Virus record (IMG/VR): IMGVR_UViG_3300020156_000003
Span: 46,825-110,824 of that record
DNA: 64,000 bases
Source of the DNA: a virus
Lineage: Duplodnaviria; Heunggongvirae; Uroviricota; Caudoviricetes
Strand: one strand, 5' to 3'
Shown here: one piece after another, positions 1 to 9,706 of the stretch
Position numbering within the stretch: position 1 is the first letter of the stretch
Layout: every line of letters starts with the position of its first letter
Position numbers and translations under genes: made by a program
Notes under the pieces: model-generated
What the model was told of the DNA's origin: nothing
The model's input: only the letters and a program-made list of their open reading frames with translations
Databases searched by the model: none

Positions 1-1654
1 ACTCCATGCTGTTTTTCCGGATGCTAACTATCTATCCCTTTCCGCTTCGGGAGCCTACACAGTTAATTGGGGAGACGGAGTAGTTGAGAACTTTGCTTCC
101 GGAGCAGTAGCCTCCCACGTCTATGACTTTAACAACGCTGCCCTGAATGGGACTCTTACTTCCAGGGGTTATAAGCAAGCCATTGTGACTGTTACCCCGC
201 AAGCGGGTCAGACATTTACAATGCTGAATCTAGACCAGAGACATCCTACGGTTCATGCAGTTGCGGCTGTCAAATACTCTAGTCAGTGGCTTGATATTGC
301 CATAGCAGGCCCAAGCCTTAACTCACTGACCATTGCTCTCGCTAACCCCAATGTCCGGCCTGCGATGCTGGAACAGGTGAAGCTTTATCAGACGGCGATA
401 ACTAATTTTGGATCGCTGTTCGCTGGATGCCGCGCTCTCGCATCATTGCCAGTCTTTCAAACGGCAGGCGCAACCAGTTTCAGTTCGACGTTCTCAGGAT
501 GCTACTGCTTGAAAGAGCTAACCGAGATAAATGCGTCTTCCTGCACCAATTTCTCCAGCATGTTCAATTCCTGCTATAACCTTGTGAAAGCTCCGGTTAT
601 GGACACCTCCGCTGGAACCAACTTTGCCAATTGCTTCGACACCTGTTACTCGCTTGTTTACGTCCCGAACTACAACCTTGCTTCCGCAACGTCCCTGATG
701 GCGATGTTCAATGCCTGCCGAGCATTGAGGGAGAATCCTGTCTTTATCAATACCGGCAATGTAACCTCGTTTGCACAATTGTTTAACGGGTGCTATAGCT
801 TGAAGAAGTTTAAGTCTTTTGACACTTCTAAAGGCACGGACTTTTCTAGCATGTTCAATGGCTGTGCTTCGCTTGAGGAAGTGGAGTTGTTTGACACCTC
901 TAAAGCTACTAGCCTTGCCAGCACGTTCCGTTCATGTTGGCGTCTTAAGGAAATACCTGCCATTAACACTGGCTTATGCACAAATTTCAGTGCAATGTTC
1001 CAAGATAGTCCCTCGTTCAAGACAATCCCATTGCTCAACACCGCAGCGGGCATCACTTTTACGAGTATGTTCAACGGATGCAGTGCCTTGGCCGAGGTGC
1101 CCCTTCTTAATTTTGGCAACGCGACAGCTATAAACAACATGTTTGCTAACTGTCGCGCGCTGGAAACCGTACCGTTGTTTAACACGGCCAACGTCACCGA
1201 TATATCGGGGATGTTTTCCAACTGTACTTCGTTGAGGGAAGTGCCGTTGTTTAACACAGCCAAAGTCACCACAATGGCTAGTATGTTTAATAACTGCACC
1301 GTGTTGAGGGCTTCGCCCTCCTTCAACACCCCGGTATGCCTGAATTTCAATAGCATGTTCTTTAACTGCTCCAATCTACAATCGGTCGGTGCGATGGATC
1401 TGTCTAAAGTAACTTCCTCGTCAGGCTACACCTCGATGTTTAACGGATGCGAACAGTTGGCTAATATCGACTGCACTGGTATCAAGTTCACCATTAGCGT
1501 TTCTAGCTGTAAGTTGTCGGCAGACAGGCTCAACGAGATTTATACCAATCTCGCTACGGTAACAGGCCAAATCCTTACGGTAACTGGAAACGTCGGAACC
1601 ACTGGCGACAACCCTGCGATTGCTACCGCAAAGGGCTGGACAGTCACCGGCTAA
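1..1654 (+). CDS. Leucine-rich repeat (BspA-type, LRR_5-like) protein, 5'-truncated at the window edge. Probably a tail fibre or receptor-binding protein.
   Basis: Frame 2 stays open from nt 2 with no stop before 185. There are at least 14 tandem repeats of about 23 aa, each fitting the pattern T-S-x-F-x-x-M-F-x-x-C-x-S-L-x-x-V-P-L-F-N-T, which is typical of BspA LRR proteins. The gene sits just upstream of the lysis genes. Confidence 0.65.
   Translation, partial: LHAVFPDANYLSLSASGAYTVNWGDGVVENFASGAVASHVYDFNNAALNGTLTSRGYKQAIVTVTPQAGQTFTMLNLDQRHPTVHAVAAVKYSSQWLDIAIAGPSLNSLTIALANPNVRPAMLEQVKLYQTAITNFGSLFAGCRALASLPVFQTAGATSFSSTFSGCYCLKELTEINASSCTNFSSMFNSCYNLVKAPVMDTSAGTNFANCFDTCYSLVYVPNYNLASATSLMAMFNACRALRENPVFINTGNVTSFAQLFNGCYSLKKFKSFDTSKGTDFSSMFNGCASLEEVELFDTSKATSLASTFRSCWRLKEIPAINTGLCTNFSAMFQDSPSFKTIPLLNTAAGITFTSMFNGCSALAEVPLLNFGNATAINNMFANCRALETVPLFNTANVTDISGMFSNCTSLREVPLFNTAKVTTMASMFNNCTVLRASPSFNTPVCLNFNSMFFNCSNLQSVGAMDLSKVTSSSGYTSMFNGCEQLANIDCTGIKFTISVSSCKLSADRLNEIYTNLATVTGQILTVTGNVGTTGDNPAIATAKGWTVTG
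185..1500 (+). repeat. Tandem nucleotide repeats of about 69 bp (one LRR unit) within the tail-fibre-like gene.
   Basis: Each repeat encodes a unit of the form xTSxFxxMFxxCxSLxxVPLFNT. Confidence 0.6.
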
Positions 1655-1669
1655 ATGAAAGGAGAGAAA

Positions 1670-1894
1670 ATGACGACTGAAACCAAAGACACTAGCGGCT
1701 TTTACAAACTCGACGGCGACTTGTTATACGGCCCCAACTTTGTGTGTTCGCCAACCTTCACCCTGTTGCGCGAGCAGCACGACACCTACACCTACCCGCA
1801 AGACGGCTGGTACTGGTTCGACAGTGAGGCGGCGGCACGCGAGCATTTCAACCTCCAGGTGCGTGATGAGGCGGGCCATCACGCCGCGTCGTAA
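1670..1894 (+). CDS. Hypothetical small protein
   Basis: Open reading frame with an AGGAGA Shine-Dalgarno sequence 6 nt upstream of the ATG at 1670. It starts 13 nt after the stop of the upstream gene. Confidence 0.4.
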   Translation: MTTETKDTSGFYKLDGDLLYGPNFVCSPTFTLLREQHDTYTYPQDGWYWFDSEAAAREHFNLQVRDEAGHHAAS

Positions 1895-1910
1895 AAATGG
1901 CGGCGCGCAT

Positions 1911-1926
1911 AAGTCACAAATGACTT
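1911..1926. promoter_or_regulatory. Operator palindrome
   Basis: AAGTCACAAATGACTT in the intergenic region before the lysis genes. Confidence 0.5.
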
Positions 1927-2022
1927 CCATGTCCGACATTTCTTTGCTAGAATGCCTGGCAAACCTTTGCGAGCGAATGACGAAGGCATCGACATGACAC
2001 TGACAAAATTGAAGGATTTGAA

Positions 2023-2343
2023 ATGCCGACAAACGTCTTCGAGCAGCAAATGGAAGAACTGAAGATCGACATGCGCGAAATGCGCGGGGCCATCACTAAG
2101 ATGGCCGAGGCTCTCACCAAGCTTTCAGTTCTGGAAGAACGCAACCTGGCGGCTAACGTGGCAATCGAGAAGATTGCCGAGCGCCTGGACAAGACCGACG
2201 AGAAGGTCAACCGGGTCGAGCTGGAGCAGGTCAAGTTTGAGGCAACCGTGGGCGGCATCTCCAAGACGATGAAGGCGATGTGGGCAGCCTTCGGCGGCGG
2301 CGTAATCTACCTCGGTAGCCAACTGATCAAGACGTTCGCATGA
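2023..2343 (+). CDS. Coiled-coil protein with a C-terminal transmembrane segment. A lysis-cassette member, holin-like or spanin-like.
   Basis: The hydrophobic C-terminus is GGISKTMKAMWAAFGGGVIYLG. Its stop overlaps the start of the endolysin gene in an ATGA junction. Confidence 0.4.
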   Translation: MPTNVFEQQMEELKIDMREMRGAITKMAEALTKLSVLEERNLAANVAIEKIAERLDKTDEKVNRVELEQVKFEATVGGISKTMKAMWAAFGGGVIYLGSQLIKTFA

Positions 2344-2750
2344 TCTCCCTCGCGCAGTTTTTCATGGGGCGCGACGTGACCTACAAGTCTGCGCTGACGC
2401 CCGCTGTCACAGCCAATGCAACCGACCTGTTGCAGCGTGTGAACTTTCTGCTGGAAGTCTTCTACGCTGCGAACCCGAAAGCGCACGCCCGCGGCGTGAA
2501 CTCGGGCTGGCGGCCGCCGGCGCTGAACGCGAGCGTCAAGGGCGCCGCGCCTCGCTCCAAGCACATGACGGGGCAGGCGATCGATGTCGGTGACGACGAC
2601 GGCGCACTGGACGCTTGGCTCATGACCCCGCTGGGTCAGAAGGCGCTGGTGGAAGCGAAGCTGTGGATGGAGCACCCGTCCGCAACGCCCCGCTGGTGTC
2701 ACCTGCAAAGTGTTCCGCCTGGCTCCGGTCGGCGTGTCTTTTACCCCTAA
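2340..2750 (+). CDS. Endolysin, peptidase M15 family (L-alanyl-D-glutamate peptidase or D-Ala-D-Ala carboxypeptidase-like).
   Basis: Contains the motif SGWRPPALNASVKGAAPRSKHMTGQAIDV. This fits the S-x-H-x-x-G-x-A-x-D zinc-binding signature of M15 phage endolysins. Confidence 0.75.
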   Translation: MISLAQFFMGRDVTYKSALTPAVTANATDLLQRVNFLLEVFYAANPKAHARGVNSGWRPPALNASVKGAAPRSKHMTGQAIDVGDDDGALDAWLMTPLGQKALVEAKLWMEHPSATPRWCHLQSVPPGSGRRVFYP

Positions 2751-2763
2751 GGATAAGTCACGA

Positions 2764-3174
2764 ATGAATAAGCTATCTGCAATCTGGAGTCTGTTTCGCA
2801 AGGGACAGGCGGTCGCCAATCCCGAAGCGTGGAAGGACGCCGGCAATGCCGCCTTTCTGGTCGGGGGCGTCATTCTCGCGCTGGTGCAGTTGGCCGCGTC
2901 GTTCGGCTACACGCTGCCGTTCGACATCACGACCGAGCAGGCTAACAACATTGGTCTTGGCATTGCTACTGTGGTCGGTTTCTTCGTCCACAACGTCAGC
3001 TCCGAACATGCCGGACTCCTGCCTGCCAGGCGAGACGCTGTGTCAGGCGATGCTGCGCCAGGTGCCGCGGCACCCGTGCAGTCTGTCGGCCAGACCCATC
3101 CTGGAATCGACGACGCCACCCGCGAGCGCGCCCGCAAGTTCCTCGAAGCCAACAAGGATCTCTACCTCGGTTAG
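2764..3174 (+). CDS. Membrane protein with two transmembrane segments, a holin or spanin candidate.
   Basis: Hydrophobic helices FLVGGVILALVQLAASFGY and IGLGIATVVGFFV. Lies immediately after the endolysin. Confidence 0.45.
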   Translation: MNKLSAIWSLFRKGQAVANPEAWKDAGNAAFLVGGVILALVQLAASFGYTLPFDITTEQANNIGLGIATVVGFFVHNVSSEHAGLLPARRDAVSGDAAPGAAAPVQSVGQTHPGIDDATRERARKFLEANKDLYLG

Positions 3175-3255
3175 CGCGTATGCACTCGATTATTTCCGCC
3201 GTCTTGACGGCATTTTTGTTGCGGTTCGCTGTACTTACTAAAGAAGGAGTCTCCT

Positions 3256-3522
3256 ATGAGCGTGGCAAATTTCATCCAGGTCGTGCAGGTTACTGCGCAA
3301 TTGCTGCCGGTGGTCATCGACGCCATCAAGGCAGTTGAGGCGGCAATCCCCGGCCAAGGCAAGGGTGAGCAGAAACTTGCGCTGGTGCGCGGGATGCTCG
3401 AAACGGCGTTCGTCACTGTGCAGGACGTGACGGTCAAGTTCGAGCAGGTGTGGCCGGTGATCTCGGCGACGATCTCGAATTTGGTCGCGATCTACAACAA
3501 GATCGGCGCGTTCAAGAAGTAA
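3256..3522 (+). CDS. Small membrane protein, a holin-like candidate.
   Basis: AAGGAG Shine-Dalgarno sequence upstream. Hydrophobic segments present. Followed by a rho-independent terminator. Confidence 0.4.
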   Translation: MSVANFIQVVQVTAQLLPVVIDAIKAVEAAIPGQGKGEQKLALVRGMLETAFVTVQDVTVKFEQVWPVISATISNLVAIYNKIGAFKK

Positions 3523-3540
3523 TTCGCCGCACAGGCGTGG

Positions 3541-3567
3541 AGGCCGCGATTGCGGCCTTTTTCTTCA
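3541..3567 (+). terminator. Rho-independent terminator at the end of the lysis module.
   Basis: Stem AGGCCGC-gatt-GCGGCCT followed by TTTTTCTTC. Confidence 0.7.
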
Positions 3568-3585
3568 ACTTAACATTTTCCTCTC

Positions 3586-4920
3586 ATGGCGAAAGAAGTC
3601 GATCTGAACCAGTTCATCAAGATTTGGAATGACCTGGAGAATTACCCGACTGTGGCCGATGTCGCTGAAGCCTGCGGCATTTCGATCAAGACGGCGCGCA
3701 ACAAGGCCGGCTTTTTGCGCGGCCTGTCCAAGAACGACCCGAATGGTGTGAAGGTTGCGCACCGCAATCCCACGTCGGAAGTACCGCTGTCGGAAGACGC
3801 GGGTCGCTTCATGGCCGATTGGGGGCCGGACGAGTGCGTTGCCGAGCTGCGCCGCATCGCCGAGAAGGATACGGAAATGGTGGTCACGCGGAACTACTTC
3901 CGCAACCACAGCGCGATCTCGGAATCGACCTGGAACCGCTACTTCGGCACCTTCGAGGAATTCAAGCGCCAGGCCGGCATCATGCTCTCGCGCCAGCAGC
4001 ACCAGCTTGAGAAGCAGATCGCCAAGCACGCCTCCGTCGACCATTACCGCAACCTGAACATCGACCGCGCCAACTACGAGACGAAATACGTGCGCGACAA
4101 GGAAGGCCGCTTCAAGACGATGCTGATCTGCTCCGATCTGCACGACATCGAAATCGACCCGTTCTTCCTGCGCGTGCTGATCGATACGGCCGCTCGCGTG
4201 CAGCCGGACATCATCGTCCTGAACGGCGACATTTTCGACTTGCCGGAGTTCGGCAAATACGGCGTCGATCCGCGCGAGTGGGACGTGGTCGGGCGCATCA
4301 AGTTTGCGCATGAGAAGATCCTCAAGCCGCTGCGCGAAACCTGCCCCAACGCCCAGATCGACTTCATCGAAGGCAACCATGAAGCCCGCTTGCTGCGGCA
4401 CCTGGCCGATCAGTCGCCGGCGCTGCGCGCGGTGCTGTCCGACCTGCACGGCTGGACGACCTCGAAAATCCTGGGCCTGGATGAGTTCGAGATCAACTAC
4501 ATCGCCAAGGCGGATCTGGCCGCTTTCACGAAGAAGGACTTCGAGAAGGAGCTGGCCGCCAACTACAAGATTTACTTCGACACCTTCGTATGCCACCACT
4601 TCCCGTATGCACGCGACTGGAAGATGCCTGGCGTGAACGGCCACCATCACCGGCATGTGGTGTGGCCCGCTTTCAACCCGGTCTACGGCGCGTTCGAGTG
4701 GCACCAGCTCGGCTGCGGCCACAAGCGCGCGGCGTCCTACTGCGAAGGGGAAAAGTGGCACATGGGCTTTGACATCGCCCACATCGACACGCATACGCGC
4801 GCCACCGTCCACGACTACGTGACCGTGACCGACTTTGCCGTCGCCGGCGGCAAGTTCTACTACCGCACGCCGGCCGAGGTCGATGCACACGTTGTCAAGC
4901 CGGTCATGCAGCCGGCATAA
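3586..4920 (+). CDS. Calcineurin-like metallophosphoesterase with an N-terminal HTH-like domain.
   Basis: MPP motifs D-x-H (SDLHD), GDxxD (NGDIFD) and GNHE (EGNHEARL). The N-terminal stretch TVADVAEACGISIKTARNKAGF is HTH-like. Confidence 0.75.
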   Translation: MAKEVDLNQFIKIWNDLENYPTVADVAEACGISIKTARNKAGFLRGLSKNDPNGVKVAHRNPTSEVPLSEDAGRFMADWGPDECVAELRRIAEKDTEMVVTRNYFRNHSAISESTWNRYFGTFEEFKRQAGIMLSRQQHQLEKQIAKHASVDHYRNLNIDRANYETKYVRDKEGRFKTMLICSDLHDIEIDPFFLRVLIDTAARVQPDIIVLNGDIFDLPEFGKYGVDPREWDVVGRIKFAHEKILKPLRETCPNAQIDFIEGNHEARLLRHLADQSPALRAVLSDLHGWTTSKILGLDEFEINYIAKADLAAFTKKDFEKELAANYKIYFDTFVCHHFPYARDWKMPGVNGHHHRHVVWPAFNPVYGAFEWHQLGCGHKRAASYCEGEKWHMGFDIAHIDTHTRATVHDYVTVTDFAVAGGKFYYRTPAEVDAHVVKPVMQPA

Positions 4921-4943
4921 AATTTCAACCTTTCATATTGTTT

Positions 4944-4979
4944 GATCAGTCAGCGCTGAGTTATAGTGGTGACTCGATC
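4944..4979. promoter_or_regulatory. Split operator flanking a -10-like element, upstream of phoH.
   Basis: GATCAGTCA-gcgctgagTTATAGTg-GTGACTCGATC. Confidence 0.45.
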
Positions 4980-5003
4980 AACCACCTTTGGAAGCGGATT
5001 CAC

Positions 5004-5789
5004 ATGGCGCGCAAGCAGCACTCCCAAAAACAGTCGTCCCGAGCCGAACGTCGCCAAGCCAAGCGAAACGGCGCCCACCCCGACCAGGAATATTGCCAAA
5101 TTCTCCCGCCTCCCAAGCCCAAGAAAGCCGAACCTTTCGAGCCGAAAACGCCGAACCAGAGAAAATATGCCGCGGCCATGCGCCAGCCTGGCGCGCTGGT
5201 GTTCGGCATGGGGCCTGCCGGCACCGGCAAGACCTATGTCGCGGCCACCGTCGCGGCCGAGGCGCTGATGGACAAGCAGGTCGAGCGCATCATTCTGACG
5301 CGCCCGGCCATCGAGGCGGGCGGTGAGCAGTTGGGCTTTCTGCCTGGCGAAAAGGAAGAAAAGTTCGACCCGTACTTCGACCCGTTCCGCGATGCGCTGA
5401 TCGACCGGCTCGGCGAATCCTTTGTCGAGCTGCTGGTCAAGGATGGCCGTATCAAATGCGAGCCGTTCGCCTACATGCGCGGCAAGACCTTCAAGAACGC
5501 CTTCGTGATCCTGGACGAAGCGCAGAACGCCAGTGCGGAAAAGATGAAGCTGTTCCTGACCCGCATCGGCGAGAACGCGACCGTGGTGGTCAACGGCGAC
5601 GAAACGCAGGTGGACATCAGGGAGCCGAGCGGCTTCATTGATGCCGCCAACCGGCTCATGCACATCACTGCCGTGAAGGTGGTCATGTTCACCAAGAAGG
5701 ACATCGTGCGCTCGGGCATGGTGCAGGAGATCGTGGAAGCCTACGAGCGGCCGGCGCCGGACAAGGTCAATCCGCTGCTGCAACGGTAG
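5004..5789 (+). CDS. phoH: PhoH-like ATPase
   Basis: GPAGTGKTY Walker A motif. Contiguous PhoH signature ILTRPAIEAGGEQLGFLPGEKEEKFDPYFDPFRDAL...NGDETQVDI. Confidence 0.9.
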   Translation: MARKQHSQKQSSRAERRQAKRNGAHPDQEYCQILPPPKPKKAEPFEPKTPNQRKYAAAMRQPGALVFGMGPAGTGKTYVAATVAAEALMDKQVERIILTRPAIEAGGEQLGFLPGEKEEKFDPYFDPFRDALIDRLGESFVELLVKDGRIKCEPFAYMRGKTFKNAFVILDEAQNASAEKMKLFLTRIGENATVVVNGDETQVDIREPSGFIDAANRLMHITAVKVVMFTKKDIVRSGMVQEIVEAYERPAPDKVNPLLQR

Positions 5790-5933
5790 GACAGGCGGGC
5801 AGGCAGGGAAGTGGGGCCGCTGGCTCCGCTTCCACTTGGGGATCGACTTGGGGCCGCCAGTTCACTTCTATAAGTCTTCTCTATATTCAAAGCGTCACGT
5901 AAGAAGTATTTCGGGAAAACAGAGGAACACCCA

Positions 5934-6647
5934 ATGATTGAACACACGCACGGCGCCTTCTTCGGCTCGGCACTCGATTTCCACCAGTGCGAGATCCTGG
6001 CGATCGCAAACATCGACCGGCGGCTCCTGGCGCACGAAACGGCCCTCTACGGCCAGAAATGGTTCGACTACCGACCACTCCACCCGACGCTGGCAACCTA
6101 CCTGTTCGCGCATCACTACAATCGCGCATACGGCGCCTTCATGGGGCAGTATTTTGACCACAAGAAGCGCTTTATGGCTGCCTTCAAGGGCAAGGATGTG
6201 ATGGCCGCGCGCGAGAGGAAATCATTCTGGAAGCTGCGTCAGAAGTGTGACGAACTCGGCGTCCGGTACGATTTTTTCTGCCGCGTCACGATGGAGTGGT
6301 GCGCAATCAACGGCTGGAAGCAGCCGCCCCGGCCGGCACACGCGGCGACCAATGCCGAGCTGCTGGTCTACGTGGCAAACCGCTGGGCGCAGGAATGCCG
6401 CGGGAGGATCCAGTGGGCGCACGACCCGCGCTACACGACGCGCAACTGGTGCGGCGCACCCGACCAGGCCGCATACGAGGCGCACGTCTTGGACGCGATC
6501 AAATCCAAACCGCTGCCGCAGTACGCGCTGCACACTGCTCTATATGTATTTGACGCCCTTCGCATCGAAGCGGCGATCGAAAAGCTGCCGGAGTCGGCAG
6601 TCGACCAGGCGGTCGATTTTGCAGCGAAAGAAGTAAGTAAGCAGTGA
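5934..6647 (+). CDS. Hypothetical protein
   Basis: Long ORF with an AGAGGAA RBS. No domain recognised. Confidence 0.5.
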   Translation: MIEHTHGAFFGSALDFHQCEILAIANIDRRLLAHETALYGQKWFDYRPLHPTLATYLFAHHYNRAYGAFMGQYFDHKKRFMAAFKGKDVMAARERKSFWKLRQKCDELGVRYDFFCRVTMEWCAINGWKQPPRPAHAATNAELLVYVANRWAQECRGRIQWAHDPRYTTRNWCGAPDQAAYEAHVLDAIKSKPLPQYALHTALYVFDALRIEAAIEKLPESAVDQAVDFAAKEVSKQ

Positions 6648-6655
6648 GCTATAAT
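6631..6655 (+). promoter_or_regulatory. Conserved phage promoter repeat, type A, copy 1.
   Basis: AAGTAAGTAAGCAGTGAGCTATAATGG with a TATAAT -10 at about 6650-6655. The repeat is near-identical to the copies at 45281, 20529 and 30674. Confidence 0.6.
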
Positions 6656-6713
6656 GGTTTCGTCAGCGCGACATTTTTGCGCGGAAAACCCCAAGTTTTA
6701 GGAGAAACGAAAC

Positions 6714-7184
6714 ATGACATTCCCCCACGGTGCCCGTATTGATGACCCGATTCGCCGCGAGCAGATCGAGGAAGCCCGCCGCATGGCTGAATCGGAAGGC
6801 ATTGCGCCGCGCCGCACCCTGAGCGTCAAGGCGGGCTACGAGAGCCGCATGGACAACCGCAACGCGCCGCCTGCGCGTAAGCCGGCCGGCAAGACCCAAT
6901 TGAAGGGCCACGAAGCCTTTCTAAAGGCGCTGGAGCTGTCCGGCGCCGATGTGGAAATCGAGAAAACCGACGGCACCATTTACCGCGGCAAGGTTAAGCA
7001 TGCGGACAAGTACACGATCACGATCAATGTCGCCGCCGCCGGCCACTACGAGGAGGATGGGCATGAATTCATGCCACATTACTGCGTGGCGCGTGACCGT
7101 GTCGTTTTCAAGCATGACATCAGCGAATTCTCGGCCCTCACGCCGCGCGTTGAGCGTACGGCTGAAGAAGGGGTGCCGGCATGA
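6714..7184 (+). CDS. Hypothetical protein
   Basis: ORF downstream of type A promoter copy 1, with an AGGAGAAA RBS. Confidence 0.5.
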   Translation: MTFPHGARIDDPIRREQIEEARRMAESEGIAPRRTLSVKAGYESRMDNRNAPPARKPAGKTQLKGHEAFLKALELSGADVEIEKTDGTIYRGKVKHADKYTITINVAAAGHYEEDGHEFMPHYCVARDRVVFKHDISEFSALTPRVERTAEEGVPA

Positions 7185-8638
7185 CCGACGCCACATTGCA
7201 GGCTGCCGAAGACTCGGTTGTCGCAATGATCGGCGACCGGATGACTGCCGGTCTGAGCGCGACCGCTTCGGCGCCTGAAATCACGACCGGCACGGACACC
7301 AAGTTCGAGTTCGACGCCGACTTCCAGACCAAGGTCGCCACCCTTGCAGTGCGCAGCATGGATTTCATGCGCAAGACCGCGCACCTGATGAAGCCGGACT
7401 ACTTCGAGAACGCCGGCGAGGCCGCAATGGTCAACCTGGCCCTGCGTTTCTACAAGCAGTACGGCACGGTGCCCACCGCGGCGGCCGCGGCTCAACTGTT
7501 CAAGGACGACATCAGCGCCAAGATCATCCGCAAGGACATGGTGCCGGTCGCGAAAGAGGCGTTCTACAAGGTATTCGACAAGCACGCCGACCTGTCCGAC
7601 AGCCAGTTCTTCGCTGAGAAGGTCGCGGAGTTCGCCCGCCACCAAGCACTCTCGGCGTCGATCCTGGAGTCGGTGGAGCTGCTGGAGAAGAAGCAGTTCG
7701 ACAAGATCAAGCAGATGGTCAAGGCCGCGTGCGAGGTCGGCCTGAACGAGCATGGCGAGGAGTACGACTACTACGCCAAGATCGACGAGCGTACCGCCGA
7801 GCGGGCCGACCGCATGGCCGGCAAGCTGCCGCCCACCGGCATCACGACCGGCCACAAAATGATCGATGAACTGCTGTATCACCGCGGCTGGGGCCGTAAG
7901 GAGCTTTCGGTGATCCTGGGCGGCGCAAAGGCGGGCAAGACGACCGCGTTGATCAACTTCGCCAAAGCGGCGTCGCTGGTCGGCCACAACGTCTTGTACG
8001 TGACCTGCGAAGTGGCGGCCAAGATCATCTCCGAACGTCTCGATGCCACGATGACGGACACCGAGATCAAGAACCTGATGGCAAAGATGAAGGACGTGCA
8101 GGGCAAGGTTAAAGCCCTCATGCCCCGCGCCGGCTGCCTGAAGATCGCGGAGTTCCCGTCCGGCACGCTGACCCCGACGCAGTTGCGCGCCTTGATTGAG
8201 CGCTATAAGTCGCCAGCGTTGATGCCTGACGGCAGCGTGCGCGACCCGATCCAGTTCGACCTGATCGTGGTGGACTACGCCGACATCATGGCGCCGGACT
8301 TTCGGACGAGCGACAACATCGAGAACTCCAAGCAGATTTACCTGGCCCTGCGCGCCATCGCCCACGACGAGAACGTGGCAATGTTGACAGCGACGCAGAC
8401 CAACCGCGAAGGCTTCAAATCGACGGTGGCGAAGGCCGAGCACGTCGCGGACGACTTCAACAAGGTGCGCACGGTGGACATCATGATTTCCATCAACATC
8501 ACCGACGAGGAGCGCGCCAACGGCGAGGCGCGTCTGTATTTCGCAGCGTCGCGTAACCAGCAAGGCGGCTTCACCATCTTCGTGAAACAGGAGTTGGAGA
8601 AGATGAAATTTATCGCAAGCATTTTGAGGATCGAATAA
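7181..8638 (+). CDS. DnaB-like (SF4) replicative DNA helicase
   Basis: Walker A GGAKAGKTT, Walker B DLIVVDYADIM and the H4 motif ATQTNREG. Confidence 0.85.
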   Translation: MTDATLQAAEDSVVAMIGDRMTAGLSATASAPEITTGTDTKFEFDADFQTKVATLAVRSMDFMRKTAHLMKPDYFENAGEAAMVNLALRFYKQYGTVPTAAAAAQLFKDDISAKIIRKDMVPVAKEAFYKVFDKHADLSDSQFFAEKVAEFARHQALSASILESVELLEKKQFDKIKQMVKAACEVGLNEHGEEYDYYAKIDERTAERADRMAGKLPPTGITTGHKMIDELLYHRGWGRKELSVILGGAKAGKTTALINFAKAASLVGHNVLYVTCEVAAKIISERLDATMTDTEIKNLMAKMKDVQGKVKALMPRAGCLKIAEFPSGTLTPTQLRALIERYKSPALMPDGSVRDPIQFDLIVVDYADIMAPDFRTSDNIENSKQIYLALRAIAHDENVAMLTATQTNREGFKSTVAKAEHVADDFNKVRTVDIMISINITDEERANGEARLYFAASRNQQGGFTIFVKQELEKMKFIASILRIE

Positions 8639-9120
8639 TGGAAAAGGCACCCGACATCATTCTTGGCGTGGGCAATGGCTGCGGCACGCTGTTCGTGCGG
8701 GGCGACTACGACAGCATCAAGGCCGCCCAGGCGATCATCGTCGAGCGCGACGAACTGCGGCGGGAGAATAACCTCCTGGCGCCGAAGGTTGCCAACCTGG
8801 AGGAGCACCTGGCAACCGCGCTGCGCCAGTTGGAGCGCATGACATGCGAGCGCAATGCATGGTTCGAGAGTGCAGGCTTCATGGGGCGCGCCACCGACTT
8901 CTATCGCAGCCTGATTGTGGAAATGGGTAAGGTGATCGGGCCGCTGGCCTATACCAGCGAGGACGGCAGCGTGCAAAGCGAGCCGTTGGCGCTGGCCGTG
9001 CGCGACATCGTGGTGGCGCGCTTTTCGCTGCCGAACAATGTCGCGGAAACGCAGTTGCCGAAACCATCTTTCCTGAAGCGTATCCGGTATGCGCTGCGTA
9101 TTATCTTCACAGGTAAATAA
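8638..9120 (+). CDS. Hypothetical protein
   Basis: ORF with an ATAATGG overlapping start, consistent with translational coupling. Confidence 0.5.
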   Translation: MEKAPDIILGVGNGCGTLFVRGDYDSIKAAQAIIVERDELRRENNLLAPKVANLEEHLATALRQLERMTCERNAWFESAGFMGRATDFYRSLIVEMGKVIGPLAYTSEDGSVQSEPLALAVRDIVVARFSLPNNVAETQLPKPSFLKRIRYALRIIFTGK

Positions 9121-9132
9121 CGGGAGCGGGAC

Positions 9133-9321
9133 ATGAGCACTATCGACAAAGAGGACTGGACGCGGCGCTACGCAAATCGGCTGATCAATCGCGCGGCGTT
9201 TCCGGAGGAGACGGCGCACATGATGGCGGGCGACGCCTACGACGTGGCGATGGAAGAAGCCGATGAGGATATGTCGCCGGAAGATTGGGCTGACGAGGAC
9301 ATCAGCGCGATGGTGAACTGA
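9133..9321 (+). CDS. Small acidic protein
   Basis: ORF with GGGAG RBS. The C-terminal half is rich in Asp and Glu. Confidence 0.4.
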   Translation: MSTIDKEDWTRRYANRLINRAAFPEETAHMMAGDAYDVAMEEADEDMSPEDWADEDISAMVN

Positions 9322-9322
9322 C

Positions 9323-9706
9323 ATGACCGAACAGGAACTCATTCAAAAGCGCACAAAGGAACAGCGCATCGCGGAGCTGCCGCGCTACAAGCTGCTTACA
9401 CAACAGGGCGACTACCAAGATGAAACGTATTTCCTCCAGCAAGAGGACGGCGAGTATGTGGTGCTTGCTGATGTCCTCGCTGCACAGGCTCCGCTGATCG
9501 AGCGCATCGCAGAACTGGAGCGGCAGAACGCGGAGGCATTGGGCCTGTTGAAGCGCCTGAAATTGAACTTGATGCACGCACGACGTTTTGCGCCAGAGAC
9601 GTTAAATACTTACCGTCATGCCTGCACGAATACAGAGGGCGACATTGAAGAGTTTCTTGCAGCCGCTCTCGCAGCGTCCAACGGACAATCCAAGGGAGGG
9701 GTGTGA
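9323..9706 (+). CDS. Hypothetical protein
   Basis: ORF with translational coupling to the upstream gene. Confidence 0.45.
   Translation: MTEQELIQKRTKEQRIAELPRYKLLTQQGDYQDETYFLQQEDGEYVVLADVLAAQAPLIERIAELERQNAEALGLLKRLKLNLMHARRFAPETLNTYRHACTNTEGDIEEFLAAALAASNGQSKGGV

Noticed and set aside
793-1374. 193 aa minus-strand ORF inside the LRR gene
   Set aside because: It is antisense to the repetitive LRR coding sequence. It is itself repetitive, so it is an echo of the + strand repeats. It has no RBS or partner.
3565-4890. 441 aa minus-strand ORF
   Set aside because: It is fully antisense to the well-supported metallophosphoesterase gene, which has three MPP motifs. Long antisense ORFs are expected by chance in GC-rich DNA.
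7079-8650. 523 aa minus-strand ORF
   Set aside because: It is antisense to the DnaB-like helicase and has no recognisable motifs.
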